A DNA stretch of 64,000 nucleotides from Thermoleophilaceae bacterium (GTDB lineage Bacteria > Actinomycetota > Thermoleophilia > Solirubrobacterales > Thermoleophilaceae). Where the stretch lies: NCBI GenBank assembly GCA_035630335.1, contig DASQKV010000053.1, positions 12,063 through 76,062 on the forward strand, given 5' to 3'. The translations under genes were made by a program, and so were the position numbers. Shown one piece after another: positions 8,893 through 18,007 of this stretch (positions are counted from its first letter, which is position 1; each line of letters begins with the position of its first letter). A model generated the notes under the pieces. It was not told where the DNA came from. It was given only the letters and a program-made list of their open reading frames with translations, and searched no databases.

Positions 8893-9683
8893 TGGCGACC
8901 ATGCGAGACATCCGGGCGAGACTGGCGCTGCTGCTGGCGGTGGCGAGCGCCGTCTGCATCGTGGCGGCCGGCTGCGGCGGCGGCGAGGACGCGCCGGCGG
9001 CGACAGACGGGCCGGAGCCGCGCACGGCTCCCGCGTTCGCCGAGTACGTCGCCGAGCTGCTCGGCCAGGCCGACGACGCGCAGGACTGCCAGCGCGTGGA
9101 GCAGATCGACCGGCGCTCGTCCGCGGAGATCCCCTGTCCGGCGCCCGCGGCCCTGCGCGAGCAGATGGACGACTTCGCGATGATCGACTCCGAGCTCTAC
9201 AACAGCGACCGCTCGGCGGTCGTGAACTACGACTACGGCGACCGGGCGGTGACCGCCTCGATGGTGCTCCTGCAGGACTACGACCTCCGCTGGACCGTCC
9301 AGCAGCTGGGCTTCTCCCCCGAGCAGCCGTCCGGCAACACCCGAGGCGACGGCTATCCCAACCTCAGACGGACGATCCGCTCCTACGAAGCGGCCGTCCG
9401 CGAGCGCGACTGCGACGAGATGATCCGCCTCACCTACCGGCCGGCTGGCGCCGACCGCCCGAGCTGCAAGGAGCAGCTCGCCGAGACGGCGCAGCTGGGG
9501 AAGGTGCTGAAGCGCGACCCGAGCCAGCGGCCGGCGTTCAACGGCGGCGACCAGGACTTCGGCTTCTACAGCATGACCGCCTACCACCCGGCGCCCACGC
9601 ACTACACCTTCACCGTCGTCCGGGTCAGGTTCGGCGGCGAGGACCGCTTCCTGGTCTCGGACGTCGTCAGGGACGAGGGCTAG
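8892..9683 (+). CDS. Putative lipoprotein, tandem paralogue of 8086..8892
   Basis: ATG at 8892 overlaps the previous TGA by 1 nt. Lipobox IVAAGCGGG. Motifs shared with the neighbour: PCPAP, DC..., FGFY, P.PT(Y/H)(L/Y)TF(S/T)V(I/V). Confidence 0.65.
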   Translation: MATMRDIRARLALLLAVASAVCIVAAGCGGGEDAPAATDGPEPRTAPAFAEYVAELLGQADDAQDCQRVEQIDRRSSAEIPCPAPAALREQMDDFAMIDSELYNSDRSAVVNYDYGDRAVTASMVLLQDYDLRWTVQQLGFSPEQPSGNTRGDGYPNLRRTIRSYEAAVRERDCDEMIRLTYRPAGADRPSCKEQLAETAQLGKVLKRDPSQRPAFNGGDQDFGFYSMTAYHPAPTHYTFTVVRVRFGGEDRFLVSDVVRDEG

Positions 9684-9702
9684 CGGGACGCCGGCCCTCG
9701 TC

Positions 9703-11439
9703 CTAGCCGGCTGCCTTCAGGCCCCGGCGCAGCTTCGCCAGCTCGGCCCAGGGGCGCGTGTTGGCGACGTCGTCGTCGGTCAGCCAGGCGCGGCGGGCCG
9801 TCGCTACGCCGTAGCGCATGACCGCGAGCGTGCGCAGGCGATGGGCGTCGGAGTTGACGACGAGCTTCACGCCCGCCTGGGCGGCCGCGCGCGCGTGGAC
9901 GTCGGAGAGGTCGCGGCGGTTGGGGTTAGAGTTGATCTCGAGGAAGGTGCCGGTGCGCGCGGCGGCCTCGATTACCCGGTCGACGTCGATCGCGTAGGGC
10001 TCGCGACGGCCGATCAGGCGCCCGGTCGGATGGCCGAGCGCGTCGACGAGCGGGTGCTCGATCGCGGTCACGATCCGGGCCGTCAGCTCGTCCTCCGGCA
10101 TCCGGAACGAGGTGTGGACGCTCGCGACGATCCAGTCGAGCTGCGACAGCAGGTCGTCGTCGTAGTCGAGCGAGCCGTCGGGGAGGATGTTCACCTCGCT
10201 GCCGGCGAGCACCGTGAAGTCGTCGAGCTCGGCGTTGGCCGCGGCGACGCGCTCGATCTGGCGCCGCAGCTCGTCGGGGGTGACGTGGTTGCCGAAGCCG
10301 TGGCTGGCGGAGTGGTCGGTGATCGCGAGGTACTCGTAGCCCCGGTCCTGGGCTGCGCGCGCCATCTCGAGCACGGTCGCGTGGCCGTCCGAGGCGACGG
10401 TGTGGCAGTGCAGGTCGCCGCGGATGTCGTCGAGCGTTACGAGCTCGGGCAGCTCGCCCTTGCGCGCGGCCTCGAGCTCGCCGCGGTCCTCGCGCAGCTC
10501 GGGCTCGATGTACGCCATGCCGAGCCGCTCGTAGACCTCCTGCTCGGTCGCGTAGCGGTCCGTCTCGCCGGTCGCGTCGTCGAGGATCCCGTACTCACTG
10601 ACGTGCAGCCCCTGCTTGACGGCGGCCGTGCGCAGCGCCTCGTTGTGGCGACCGGAGCCGGTGAAGTGCTGGAGCAGGTTTCCGAAGCTGTCCGCCGGGA
10701 CGATCCGCAGGTCGACCGGCAGGCCCTGATGGGTGAGCGCGCGCGCACCGGCCGTCCTGCCGGTCGACATCTCGTCGATCGCGGGCAGTGCGGCGAAGGC
10801 GTCGACGAGCGCCTCGGGGTCGTCGGTCGCCGCGACGATGTCGAGGTCCTTGCAGCTGTCGGCCCAGCGCCGCGCGCTGCCGACGAGCTCGACGCGCAGC
10901 GCCGAGGGGTGCTCGCGCAGGCCATCGACCAGCTCCTGGCCGACCTCGAGCGCCACCGAGAGCAGCACCCGCTCGCGGACCGACCCGTCGGCGCCAGCGG
11001 CGAGCGCGGCCAGGATGTTCTCCTCGGCCTTTGGGCCGAAGCCGGGCACGTCGCGGATGCGCTCCTGCTCGGCGGCCTCGCGCAGCTGGTCGATCGTCTC
11101 GATCCCGAGCTCCTGATGCAGCTGGCGCGCGCGCTTGGCGCCCAGGCCGGGGATCCGCGTGATCTTGATCAGGCCGAGCGGGATCCGGTCCTTGAGCTTG
11201 ACCGCCGCGGGGATCTCCCCGTCGAGCATTAGCGCGTCGATCTTCTCGGCGATCGTCTTGCCGATCCCCGGCAGCTCCTCGGCGCGGCCCTGGCGGGCGA
11301 GCTCGGCGACCGAGACGCCGGAGTCGCGGATCGCCTTGGCCGCGTTGCGGTAGGCGAGCACGCGGTAGACGACGACGCCGTCGAGCTCGTACAGCGTCGC
11401 CAGCTCGTCGAATGCCTGGGCGATCTCGGCGTTCTTCAT
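9703..11439 (-). CDS. polX: Family X DNA polymerase with C-terminal PHP phosphoesterase domain
   Basis: N-terminus MKNAEIAQAFDELATLYELDG. HhH motif GIGKTIAEKI. PHP motifs DLHCHTVASDGHA and ITDHS...VNSDAH. The start is set at ATG 11439 because the upstream part of track ORF 9703..11670 runs into the repeat element. Confidence 0.9.
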   Translation of the reverse strand: MKNAEIAQAFDELATLYELDGVVVYRVLAYRNAAKAIRDSGVSVAELARQGRAEELPGIGKTIAEKIDALMLDGEIPAAVKLKDRIPLGLIKITRIPGLGAKRARQLHQELGIETIDQLREAAEQERIRDVPGFGPKAEENILAALAAGADGSVRERVLLSVALEVGQELVDGLREHPSALRVELVGSARRWADSCKDLDIVAATDDPEALVDAFAALPAIDEMSTGRTAGARALTHQGLPVDLRIVPADSFGNLLQHFTGSGRHNEALRTAAVKQGLHVSEYGILDDATGETDRYATEQEVYERLGMAYIEPELREDRGELEAARKGELPELVTLDDIRGDLHCHTVASDGHATVLEMARAAQDRGYEYLAITDHSASHGFGNHVTPDELRRQIERVAAANAELDDFTVLAGSEVNILPDGSLDYDDDLLSQLDWIVASVHTSFRMPEDELTARIVTAIEHPLVDALGHPTGRLIGRREPYAIDVDRVIEAAARTGTFLEINSNPNRRDLSDVHARAAAQAGVKLVVNSDAHRLRTLAVMRYGVATARRAWLTDDDVANTRPWAELAKLRRGLKAAG

Positions 11440-11454
11440 CGCCTTCGGGACGGT

Positions 11455-11836
11455 ACCCGTTGGGCGGGTGGCTCTGCGGTGGTCCGGAGTGGTTGTTGCA
11501 AGTTTGGCGGACCTGGGGCCGGCCAAACGTACATCTGCCATGGGTATCGCGAGGGAAGTTGGGACGTCTGGTCTTTTGTGGGACCCAGAGGTCATACAAA
11601 AGACCAAACGTCCCGGACCCAGCTCCGAAACCCGCCTTCGACGGCGCCGGCACCGCCCAGGCACCAGCACCCCTCACGCGATCACCGCCAGCCACCGAGC
11701 GCCGCAGCCTCTCAGGCCACCAACCACCCATCTCGCCGCCCTACCCAGCCAAAGCCCGGCCCCGCGGCTCAGCCACTCGTATCTCCCAACAACCCCAGCG
11801 CGAACCCGTGCCTCAAGGACACCTCATAGGAGCGCC
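11455..11836. repeat. Dispersed repeat element E2 (same subfamily as E1, lacking the outer left arm), core palindrome 11561-11614
   Basis: gtggctctgcggtggtccggagtggttgttgc... and ...ccgccctacccagccaaagcccggccccgcggctcagccactcgtatctc...ggagcgcc match E1. Core is gggacgtctggtcttttgtgggacccagaggtcatacaaaagaccaaacgtccc. Confidence 0.8.
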
Positions 11837-11859
11837 TCCCGCGCCCGACGACCTCAGTC

Positions 11860-12648
11860 CTAGCCGCAGCCCACGATGCCGCCGTCGACCGGGATCACGG
11901 TCCCGGTCAGGTACGAGCCCGCGCGCGAGGAGAGGAACAGCGTCGTGCCGACGATGTCGTCGGGGCGGCCAATGCGCCCCAGCGGAAGCTGCTGCTCGAC
12001 GATCGCCCGTGCGTCGGGGTTCTCCAGCATGAACGCGGTCATTTTGCTCTCGAACGGACCTGGCGCGATCGCGTTGACGGTGATCTGCTCGCTCGCGAGC
12101 CGCTTGGCGAGGTGGCGCGTCAGCTGGTGCACCGCGGCCTTGCTGGCGCTGTAGGCGTAGGACTCCATCATCGGCGCCTTCAACCCGTCGATCGACCCCA
12201 CGTTGATAACGCGCGCTGGATCCTCGGCGCTCGCGGCGGCGCGCAGCATGTCGAGCGCCGCGACGGTCAGCTGGAAGACGCCGCGGACGTTGGTGTCGAG
12301 CACGCGGTCCCATGCCGAGTCGGGGTAGGACTCGAGCGGCTCGCCCCAGGTCGCGCCGGCGTTGTTGACCAGCAGGTCGAGGCGGGCCCCCCGCTCGCGC
12401 ACGGCGTCGGCCAGCGCGACCGCGCCCGCCTGGGTCGCGAGGTCAGCCGGGATCGCCGTGCAGCGCCCGACCTCCGACAGCTCGGCGGCGGCGCGCTCGC
12501 AGGCGTCAGCTTTGCGCGAGGAGATCACGACGTCGACGCCGGCCTCCACGAGGCCGCGGGCGATCATCAGGCCGACGCCGCGTGAGCCACCGGTCACGAC
12601 GGCCGTCTTGCCACGCACGGAGAAGAGGTCGGCGGACATCGGCGGCAA
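11860..12648 (-). CDS. Short-chain dehydrogenase/reductase (FabG/RhlG-like)
   Basis: TGGSRGVG cofactor motif. Catalytic YSASKAAVHQLTR (YxxxK). Confidence 0.9.
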   Translation of the reverse strand: MPPMSADLFSVRGKTAVVTGGSRGVGLMIARGLVEAGVDVVISSRKADACERAAAELSEVGRCTAIPADLATQAGAVALADAVRERGARLDLLVNNAGATWGEPLESYPDSAWDRVLDTNVRGVFQLTVAALDMLRAAASAEDPARVINVGSIDGLKAPMMESYAYSASKAAVHQLTRHLAKRLASEQITVNAIAPGPFESKMTAFMLENPDARAIVEQQLPLGRIGRPDDIVGTTLFLSSRAGSYLTGTVIPVDGGIVGCG

Positions 12649-12727
12649 GCTATCGCGTCGCCCTCGGCGCGGAGCGGTCGCGCCGCTCCGCCGGGGCTGC
12701 TGGGGCGTCGCGTAGGGTACGGCGCCG

Positions 12728-13444
12728 ATGGCGGGCGTCTGGCTGATCCTCCCGACCTACAACGAGGCGGAGAACATCGAGCGCATCGTCGCGGCGGCGC
12801 TGCCGCAGCTGGCCGCGACCGGGCTCGCGCACCGGATCCTCGTGGTCGACGACGGCTCGCCCGACGGGACGGGCGCGATCGCCGATCGTCTTGCGACCGA
12901 GCACGCAGAAGTCGAGGTGCTCCACCGCACCAGCAAGGACGGGATCGGGCCGGCCTACCTCGCCGGGTTCGGCCGCGCGCTCGCCGGCGGCGCCGAGCTG
13001 GTCATGGAGATGGACTCCGACTTCTCGCACGACCCGGCCGACATCCCGCGGCTCGTCGCCGCGGCGACCGACGCCGACCTCGTGCTCGGCTCGCGCTACG
13101 TCGAAGGCGGCGGCGTGACCGACTGGGGCCTCGGCCGGCGGCTGATCAGCCGCGGCGGCTCGCTCTACGCGCGACTGCTGCTCGGCGTGCCCGTGCGCGA
13201 CCTGACCGGCGGCTTCAAGTGCTTTCGCCGCACCGTGCTGGAGACGCTCGACCTCTCGGGCGTCGGCACCGACGGCTACGGCTTCCAGATCGAGGTCACC
13301 TACCGCGCGCTACGCGCCGGCTTCCGCGTCAAGGAAGTGCCAATTCTGTTCCGCGACAGGCGCGTCGGCGCCTCGAAGATGTCCGCCCGGATCGCCGTCG
13401 AGGCGTTCTGGAAGGTCCCGCTGCTGCGCTTGCGCGTGCGCTGA
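12728..13444 (+). CDS. GT2 polyprenol-phosphate mannosyltransferase (Ppm1/Dpm1-like)
   Basis: LILPTYNEAENI, VVDDGSPDGT, MDSDFSHDP. 238 aa. Confidence 0.85.
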   Translation: MAGVWLILPTYNEAENIERIVAAALPQLAATGLAHRILVVDDGSPDGTGAIADRLATEHAEVEVLHRTSKDGIGPAYLAGFGRALAGGAELVMEMDSDFSHDPADIPRLVAAATDADLVLGSRYVEGGGVTDWGLGRRLISRGGSLYARLLLGVPVRDLTGGFKCFRRTVLETLDLSGVGTDGYGFQIEVTYRALRAGFRVKEVPILFRDRRVGASKMSARIAVEAFWKVPLLRLRVR

Positions 13445-13460
13445 CCGGTCGATCTCGGGA

Positions 13461-13505
13461 CGTTGAAGGGTTGTGAGACCCAGGGGTCCCACAACCCTTC
13501 GAACG
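13461..13505. repeat. Stand-alone copy of the palindromic repeat core, probably a bidirectional terminator between convergent genes
   Basis: cgttgaagggttgtgagaccc-ag-gggtcccacaacccttcgaacg. It has the same CGTTCGAAG...CTTCGAACG ends as the other cores. Confidence 0.7.
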
Positions 13506-13537
13506 GTGCCCCTACCCGAGCCGTCCCGGCCGCGCGC

Positions 13538-14560
13538 CTAGCAGTAGATCCCGACCGCCCGGCGGGCGCGCTTGAGCTTGCGGCGGTCGCTCGCGAGCCG
13601 GCGCTTCTGGGCGCGTGACGGGGAGCCCTCGGCGCGCGCGATCGCGCGCTTGTCGGCGGCGACCCGCCGCGCCCAGCGCCGGGCGTCGTTGCGACCCTTC
13701 GAGCACGTCGCCTTGACCTGGGCCCTGGTCATGATCGCGTCGTCGGGCCCGACCTTGACGACGGCCGAGGCGCCGACGCACTTGGCGAGCGTGGGCCCGA
13801 AGCTGTGCACGAACAGCTTCGCGCCGGAGCGCCCGACGCCGGCGGTCAGGTGCTCGATCACGCCCGGGCGGCGAACGCTGGTGGTCAGCTCGTCCCCGCG
13901 CGCGTCGGTGAGGATCACCTGGTGGGCGGCACACGACTCGCCGCCGAAGGTGACCGTCTCGACGTCGACCAGGCCGGCGCCCGGGCGGACGTAGAAGTGG
14001 AGCCAGTCGTGATCGTTAACCGTCTCGAGCCTGGAGAAGTACCAGGTGCCCGGCACCAGCGGGCCGCCTGCCTCCTCGAGCGTCTCGTTCGGCTCGCGGG
14101 TGCCCTTGACCGGGAGCTTGCCCGGCCCGGTGACCAGCGCGCCGGTGGAGTCGATGCGGAAGCTGTAGCTGAGCTCAGGCGGACACCCGCTGGGAAGCGG
14201 GCGCGTGTAGCTGACGTGGACGAAGAAGCGCGTCGTCCCGGCTCGGCTCGTGTAGTCGGGGGCGATCGGCTCCCCGTCCGCGTCGGTGAGGCCGACCGAG
14301 AGGCAGGGGTGGGCGGTGGCCGGGGCGGAGCTGAGGTGCAGCTGCTGCACGGTGTCCGTGTAGAGGACGTACCAGTCGTCCTGGTTGCTGGAGCTGAGCG
14401 TCCCGCCGTAGTCCTGGCCCGCGAGGATCGGGCCCTCGGGGTCGAAGACGGAGTTGTTCGGCTCGACGTCCGCTGCCGCCAGCGCGGGCGCCAGCGCCGC
14501 CGCGGCCAGCGCCACGCACGCCGTCCTAAATGCCTTCCGGGTCATCTTGCCGATCGCCAT
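13538..14560 (-). CDS. Secreted protein with two pre-peptidase C-terminal (PPC)-like domains
   Basis: Signal peptide ACVALAAAALAPALAA. VEPNNSVF...GTLSSSNQDDWYVLY and REPNETLEEA...LETVNDHDWLHFY. Confidence 0.7.
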   Translation of the reverse strand: MAIGKMTRKAFRTACVALAAAALAPALAAADVEPNNSVFDPEGPILAGQDYGGTLSSSNQDDWYVLYTDTVQQLHLSSAPATAHPCLSVGLTDADGEPIAPDYTSRAGTTRFFVHVSYTRPLPSGCPPELSYSFRIDSTGALVTGPGKLPVKGTREPNETLEEAGGPLVPGTWYFSRLETVNDHDWLHFYVRPGAGLVDVETVTFGGESCAAHQVILTDARGDELTTSVRRPGVIEHLTAGVGRSGAKLFVHSFGPTLAKCVGASAVVKVGPDDAIMTRAQVKATCSKGRNDARRWARRVAADKRAIARAEGSPSRAQKRRLASDRRKLKRARRAVGIYC

Positions 14561-14747
14561 CGCGAGCCCCCTAGGGTCTGTTCGTCTCGCCAGCCAGGTC
14601 GGCGAGACATGGTCTTACTGTGGTCTAACCCGCGTGGTCGACGGAAGTCGCGGGTAGGCTCCCGAAGAGGCCGATTCGCAGGATCGAGCCTCGCTATACT
14701 TTTTGAAGTATTGATCCCTACCCCGTTCGTGACCCGAAGGAGCCGAG

Positions 14748-15077
14748 ATGGCCGGTGCCCTTGACGCTGTGACCGACAACAACTTCCAGGCCGAGGTGGT
14801 CGAGTCCGACAAGCCCGTGCTGGTCGACTTCTGGGCGCCGTGGTGCGGCCCGTGCCGCGTGGTGGCGCCGCACCTCGAGGAGCTCGCGGGTGAGCGCGAG
14901 GACCTGCGGATCGTAAAGCTCAACGTCGACGAGAACCCGCAGACCGCGGCGAGCTTCAACGTGATGTCGATCCCCACGCTGCTGCTGTTCAAGAACGGCC
15001 AGGTCGCGCACCAGATCGTCGGCGCGCTGCCGAAGAGCCGGCTGGTGCAGGAGCTCGAGCCCGCCCTCGCGGCCTAG
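14748..15077 (+). CDS. trxA: Thioredoxin
   Basis: WAPWCGPCR active site. 109 aa. SD gaaggag upstream. Confidence 0.95.
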   Translation: MAGALDAVTDNNFQAEVVESDKPVLVDFWAPWCGPCRVVAPHLEELAGEREDLRIVKLNVDENPQTAASFNVMSIPTLLLFKNGQVAHQIVGALPKSRLVQELEPALAA

Positions 15078-15089
15078 GCGGCCGGCGCG

Positions 15090-15302
15090 ATGCCGATCGT
15101 CACGATCGAGTGGTACGAGGGCCGCTCGGCGGAGCAGAAGCGCGAGATCGCCGAGCGGCTGACCGAGCTGCTCGTCGACGTCGGCAAGACTCAGCCCGAG
15201 CACGTCTGGATCCGCTTCAAGGATTCGAGCCAGTCGGACTGGGCGATGGGCGGCGAGATCCAAGGGGCCGGCGGCGAGCCGGCCCTCGGCCCGCCCGACT
15301 GA
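15090..15302 (+). CDS. 4-oxalocrotonate tautomerase family protein
   Basis: MPIVTIEWYEGRSAEQKREIAERLT (Pro1 tautomerase pattern). 70 aa. Confidence 0.85.
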   Translation: MPIVTIEWYEGRSAEQKREIAERLTELLVDVGKTQPEHVWIRFKDSSQSDWAMGGEIQGAGGEPALGPPD

Positions 15303-15628
15303 GGGCGCACCGTCCGGACCGCGGCTGCTGGGGTCGCCGCCGCGGCAGACCCACTTGACAGTTCTGTTACATGGGGGATAAGGTCGTGTTCCTGTCACGG
15401 CGTCGGCCCTCGTTGTCGCCGTGACGCTCTCTGGTTCCCCCGGTACACGGAGGGAGGAGAAGCGCGACATGGCCCATCGCCAGCTGAGAGGCTCGATCGA
15501 GCAGCGGGGACCGCTTGGAGGGAGCGGTACGACGGCACCCTGCTTCGCGACCGGTAAGTCCCTTCGGCTCCAGGGAATTACGCCGCGACCCACGGTCGTG
15601 ACGTAGGGGGCTGGTAGGTAGGGAATGC

Positions 15629-15660
15629 CACGGGGCCCCGGCTGTTGCCGGGGCCCCGTG
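15629..15660 (+). terminator. Very strong GC hairpin (14-bp stem) inside a long ORF-poor region
   Basis: cacggggccccggc-tgtt-gccggggccccgtg. There is no clear T-tract, which is common in high-GC genomes. Its functional assignment is uncertain. Confidence 0.4.
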
Positions 15661-16054
15661 TGCTTCAGTGAGGTCTCTTCAGTGAAGGAGCGGCGCCGAG
15701 AGCCACTCCACCCGTTCCGGGTCGTTGCGCCGGGGCCCCGGGCGAGAGTCAGGGCCCCGGCGCGTCGGCACGACCGACCTACGCGCTATCAGGAGAGCTG
15801 CCCCGGCCGTCGCGAGACGGGGCGCGTCCTCCGCGGGAAGCAGTTGCGATCGGTGGCCTTTCACACCGCGGCTCGGCGCCGCGACCACGGACAACTGCCA
15901 TTGCTGCGTAGGTCTTCTTCACTTCCCCTTCCCTCCTTCGGGGAACAACGGACCTGAACCCTCCAAAGTCTTCAGGTCATTGCTGGCAGGACCATACCGG
16001 CACGTTGGCGGTGGTGTCAAGGGGTGGACGTGGGCGTTGTGGCAGAGTGCGCCT

Positions 16055-16897
16055 GTGCCGCGATCGCGCCTGGGTGTCGTGCTGCTCGCCGCACTCGCAA
16101 GCACGATGACCGCCTCCACCGCATCCGCCTCCGTGCTCGTCGTCGGCGACAGCCTCGGGCTCGGTACCGAGCCCGCGCTGCGCGCGGCGCTGCCGGCGGT
16201 CGCGATCGACGCCGACAGCCGCAACGGCCGCACGAGCGCCGAGGGCGTCGCGGTCCTGCGCGAGCGGCTGCGGCCCGAGCACGAGACCGTCGTGTTCGAC
16301 CTCGGCACGAACGACGGCCCAACCGCGGTAGCGCTGACCACCGGCAGCCTCGCCGCCGCGCGCGAGCTCGCGGCCGGCCGCTGCCTGGTGGTCGCGACGC
16401 TCAACCACCCGCCGCAGGCGGGCGTCTCGATCGATGCCCAGAACGCCTCGATCCGCCGCTTCGCCGCCGAGGCCCCGGGCGCGGCGCTCGTCGACTGGCA
16501 TGCCGCGGCGCAGTCGACCCGCGGCGTGCTGCGTCCCGACGGCGTGCACGCGACGCCGGGCGGCTACGGGCTGCGCGGCCAGCTGTTCGCCGAGGCGATC
16601 CAGAGCTGCCTGACCGGCGGCGGGGTAAGCGGCGGCGGCCGGGAAGCAGGCGCGACGCCCGGGCGTCGCGCCTCCGCGACGAAGCGTCCCGCCAAACGTC
16701 GAGCGCGCCGTCTCGATCCACTGAGCTCACCACTCGAAGCACGGCTGCTCGAGGCGATCGGCAAATCCCTCGCGCGCGAGGGCGGCCCGCTCGAGCTCGC
16801 CGCCAAGGCCGCCACCATTGTCTCGGTCGCCGGAACGATCGTCCGCGCCAGCGTCGTCCCTCGCGGCCCCGAGCCCGTCCTCGGCGCACCGGACTGA
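16055..16897 (+). CDS. Secreted SGNH/GDSL-family hydrolase
   Basis: VLVVGDSLG (block I), FDLGTND (block III), PDGVHAT (block V), with a signal-like N-terminus. Start uncertain (GTG 16055 or TTG 16037). It is the 3' part of track ORF 15725..16897. Confidence 0.75.
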   Translation: MPRSRLGVVLLAALASTMTASTASASVLVVGDSLGLGTEPALRAALPAVAIDADSRNGRTSAEGVAVLRERLRPEHETVVFDLGTNDGPTAVALTTGSLAAARELAAGRCLVVATLNHPPQAGVSIDAQNASIRRFAAEAPGAALVDWHAAAQSTRGVLRPDGVHATPGGYGLRGQLFAEAIQSCLTGGGVSGGGREAGATPGRRASATKRPAKRRARRLDPLSSPLEARLLEAIGKSLAREGGPLELAAKAATIVSVAGTIVRASVVPRGPEPVLGAPD

Positions 16898-17052
16898 CCT
16901 TGGTGCCGCCCCCGGCCCGCCCTGGCGCCGCCCGGCTGATCCCTCGGCGCGCCGCTCGATTCCCGGAGCGCCCGGCTGATCTGACGCGCGGGCTCGTGCC
17001 TGCTACGCGGCCGATCTGCCCTCACGGCGCGATTCCGGGGCCGAATATCAGC

Positions 17053-17098
17053 CGTTCGGAGCTTTGTATGACCCATGGGTCATACAAAGCTCCGAACG
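17053..17098. repeat. Perfect 46-bp palindrome, the best copy of the repeat core
   Basis: cgttcggagctttgtatgacc-catg-ggtcatacaaagctccgaacg, with a CCATGG centre. The central ATG (17075) is the first codon of the adjacent ORF. Confidence 0.85.
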
Positions 17099-17988
17099 TC
17101 TTCCTCCGAGCAGCTGTGGCAGCTCGTGAGCCGTCAGCATGGGGTGGTCTCGCGAGCGCAGCTGCTGGCTAGAGGCATCAACGCCGACTCGATCGGGCAT
17201 CGGATCGCGTCCGGGCGGCTGCATCCGGTGGCTCGTGGCGTCTACGCCGTGGGGCGCGCTGAGTTGTCCCGCCACGGGATCTGGACCGTGGCGGTCCTCA
17301 GCTGCGGTCCAGACGCAGTCCTGAGCCACGAGAGCGCAGCGGCCCTCTGGGGCGTTCGCGCCAAGGAGGGTGCCTCAGTCGATGTCTCGATCCCGCCCGC
17401 TGCCCGTCGCCGCCGTCCCGGCGTCCGTGTCCACCGTCGCGCGCTGGTGGCCTCGGAGGTGACCACCAGGCACGACATCCCCCTCACCGCCATCCCGCGC
17501 ACGCTCCTCGACCTCGCCTGCACGCTGCCGCGCGACGATCTCGAGGCGGCCATCAACGCGGCCGACAAGTACGACCTCATGGACCCCACCCAGCTGAGGG
17601 CGACGCTCGAGGACTACGCGGGCACCCCGGGCGTCGCCGCACTGCGCACCGTCCTCGACCGCCGGACCTTCCTCCTCACCGACTCCCAGCTGGAGCGACG
17701 CTTCCTCCCGATCGCCCGGCGCGCTGGGCTCCCACTTCCAGAGACCGGCCGGCGGGTGAACGGCTTCCGGTCGACTTCTACTGGCCAGATATCGGGCTCG
17801 TCGTCGAGACCGACGGGCTGCGCTACCACCGCACGCCCTCACAGCAGAGCCGAGACCGGCTGCGCGATCAGGCGCACGTCGCCGCCGGGCTCACCGCGTT
17901 GCGCTTCACCCACGCGCAGGTCCGCTACGAGCCGGCCTACGTGCAGTCGACACTGGCCGCGGTGGCGAGCCGCCTCCGGCGGAGCTGA
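17075..17988 (+). pseudogene. AbiEi_4-like N-terminal domain fused to a DUF559 (Vsr-like endonuclease) protein, interrupted by a 1-nt frameshift near 17768-17771
   Basis: Frame A gives ...LERRFLPIARRAGLPLPETGRRVNGFR. Frame B, starting at 17770, gives VDFYWPDIGLVVETDGLRYHRTPSQQSRDRLRDQAHVAAGLTALRFTHAQVRYEPAYV...RRS with TGA at 17986-17988. The remainder of track ORF 17075..19342 is antisense to the next gene. Confidence 0.7.
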
Positions 17989-18007
17989 CTCGGCCGCTCG
18001 GCGAGGC

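Noticed and set aside
14690-14700. A TATACT -10-like hexamer upstream of trxA as a promoter call.
   Set aside because: I found no acceptable -35 at proper spacing. A single hexamer match is not sufficient evidence.
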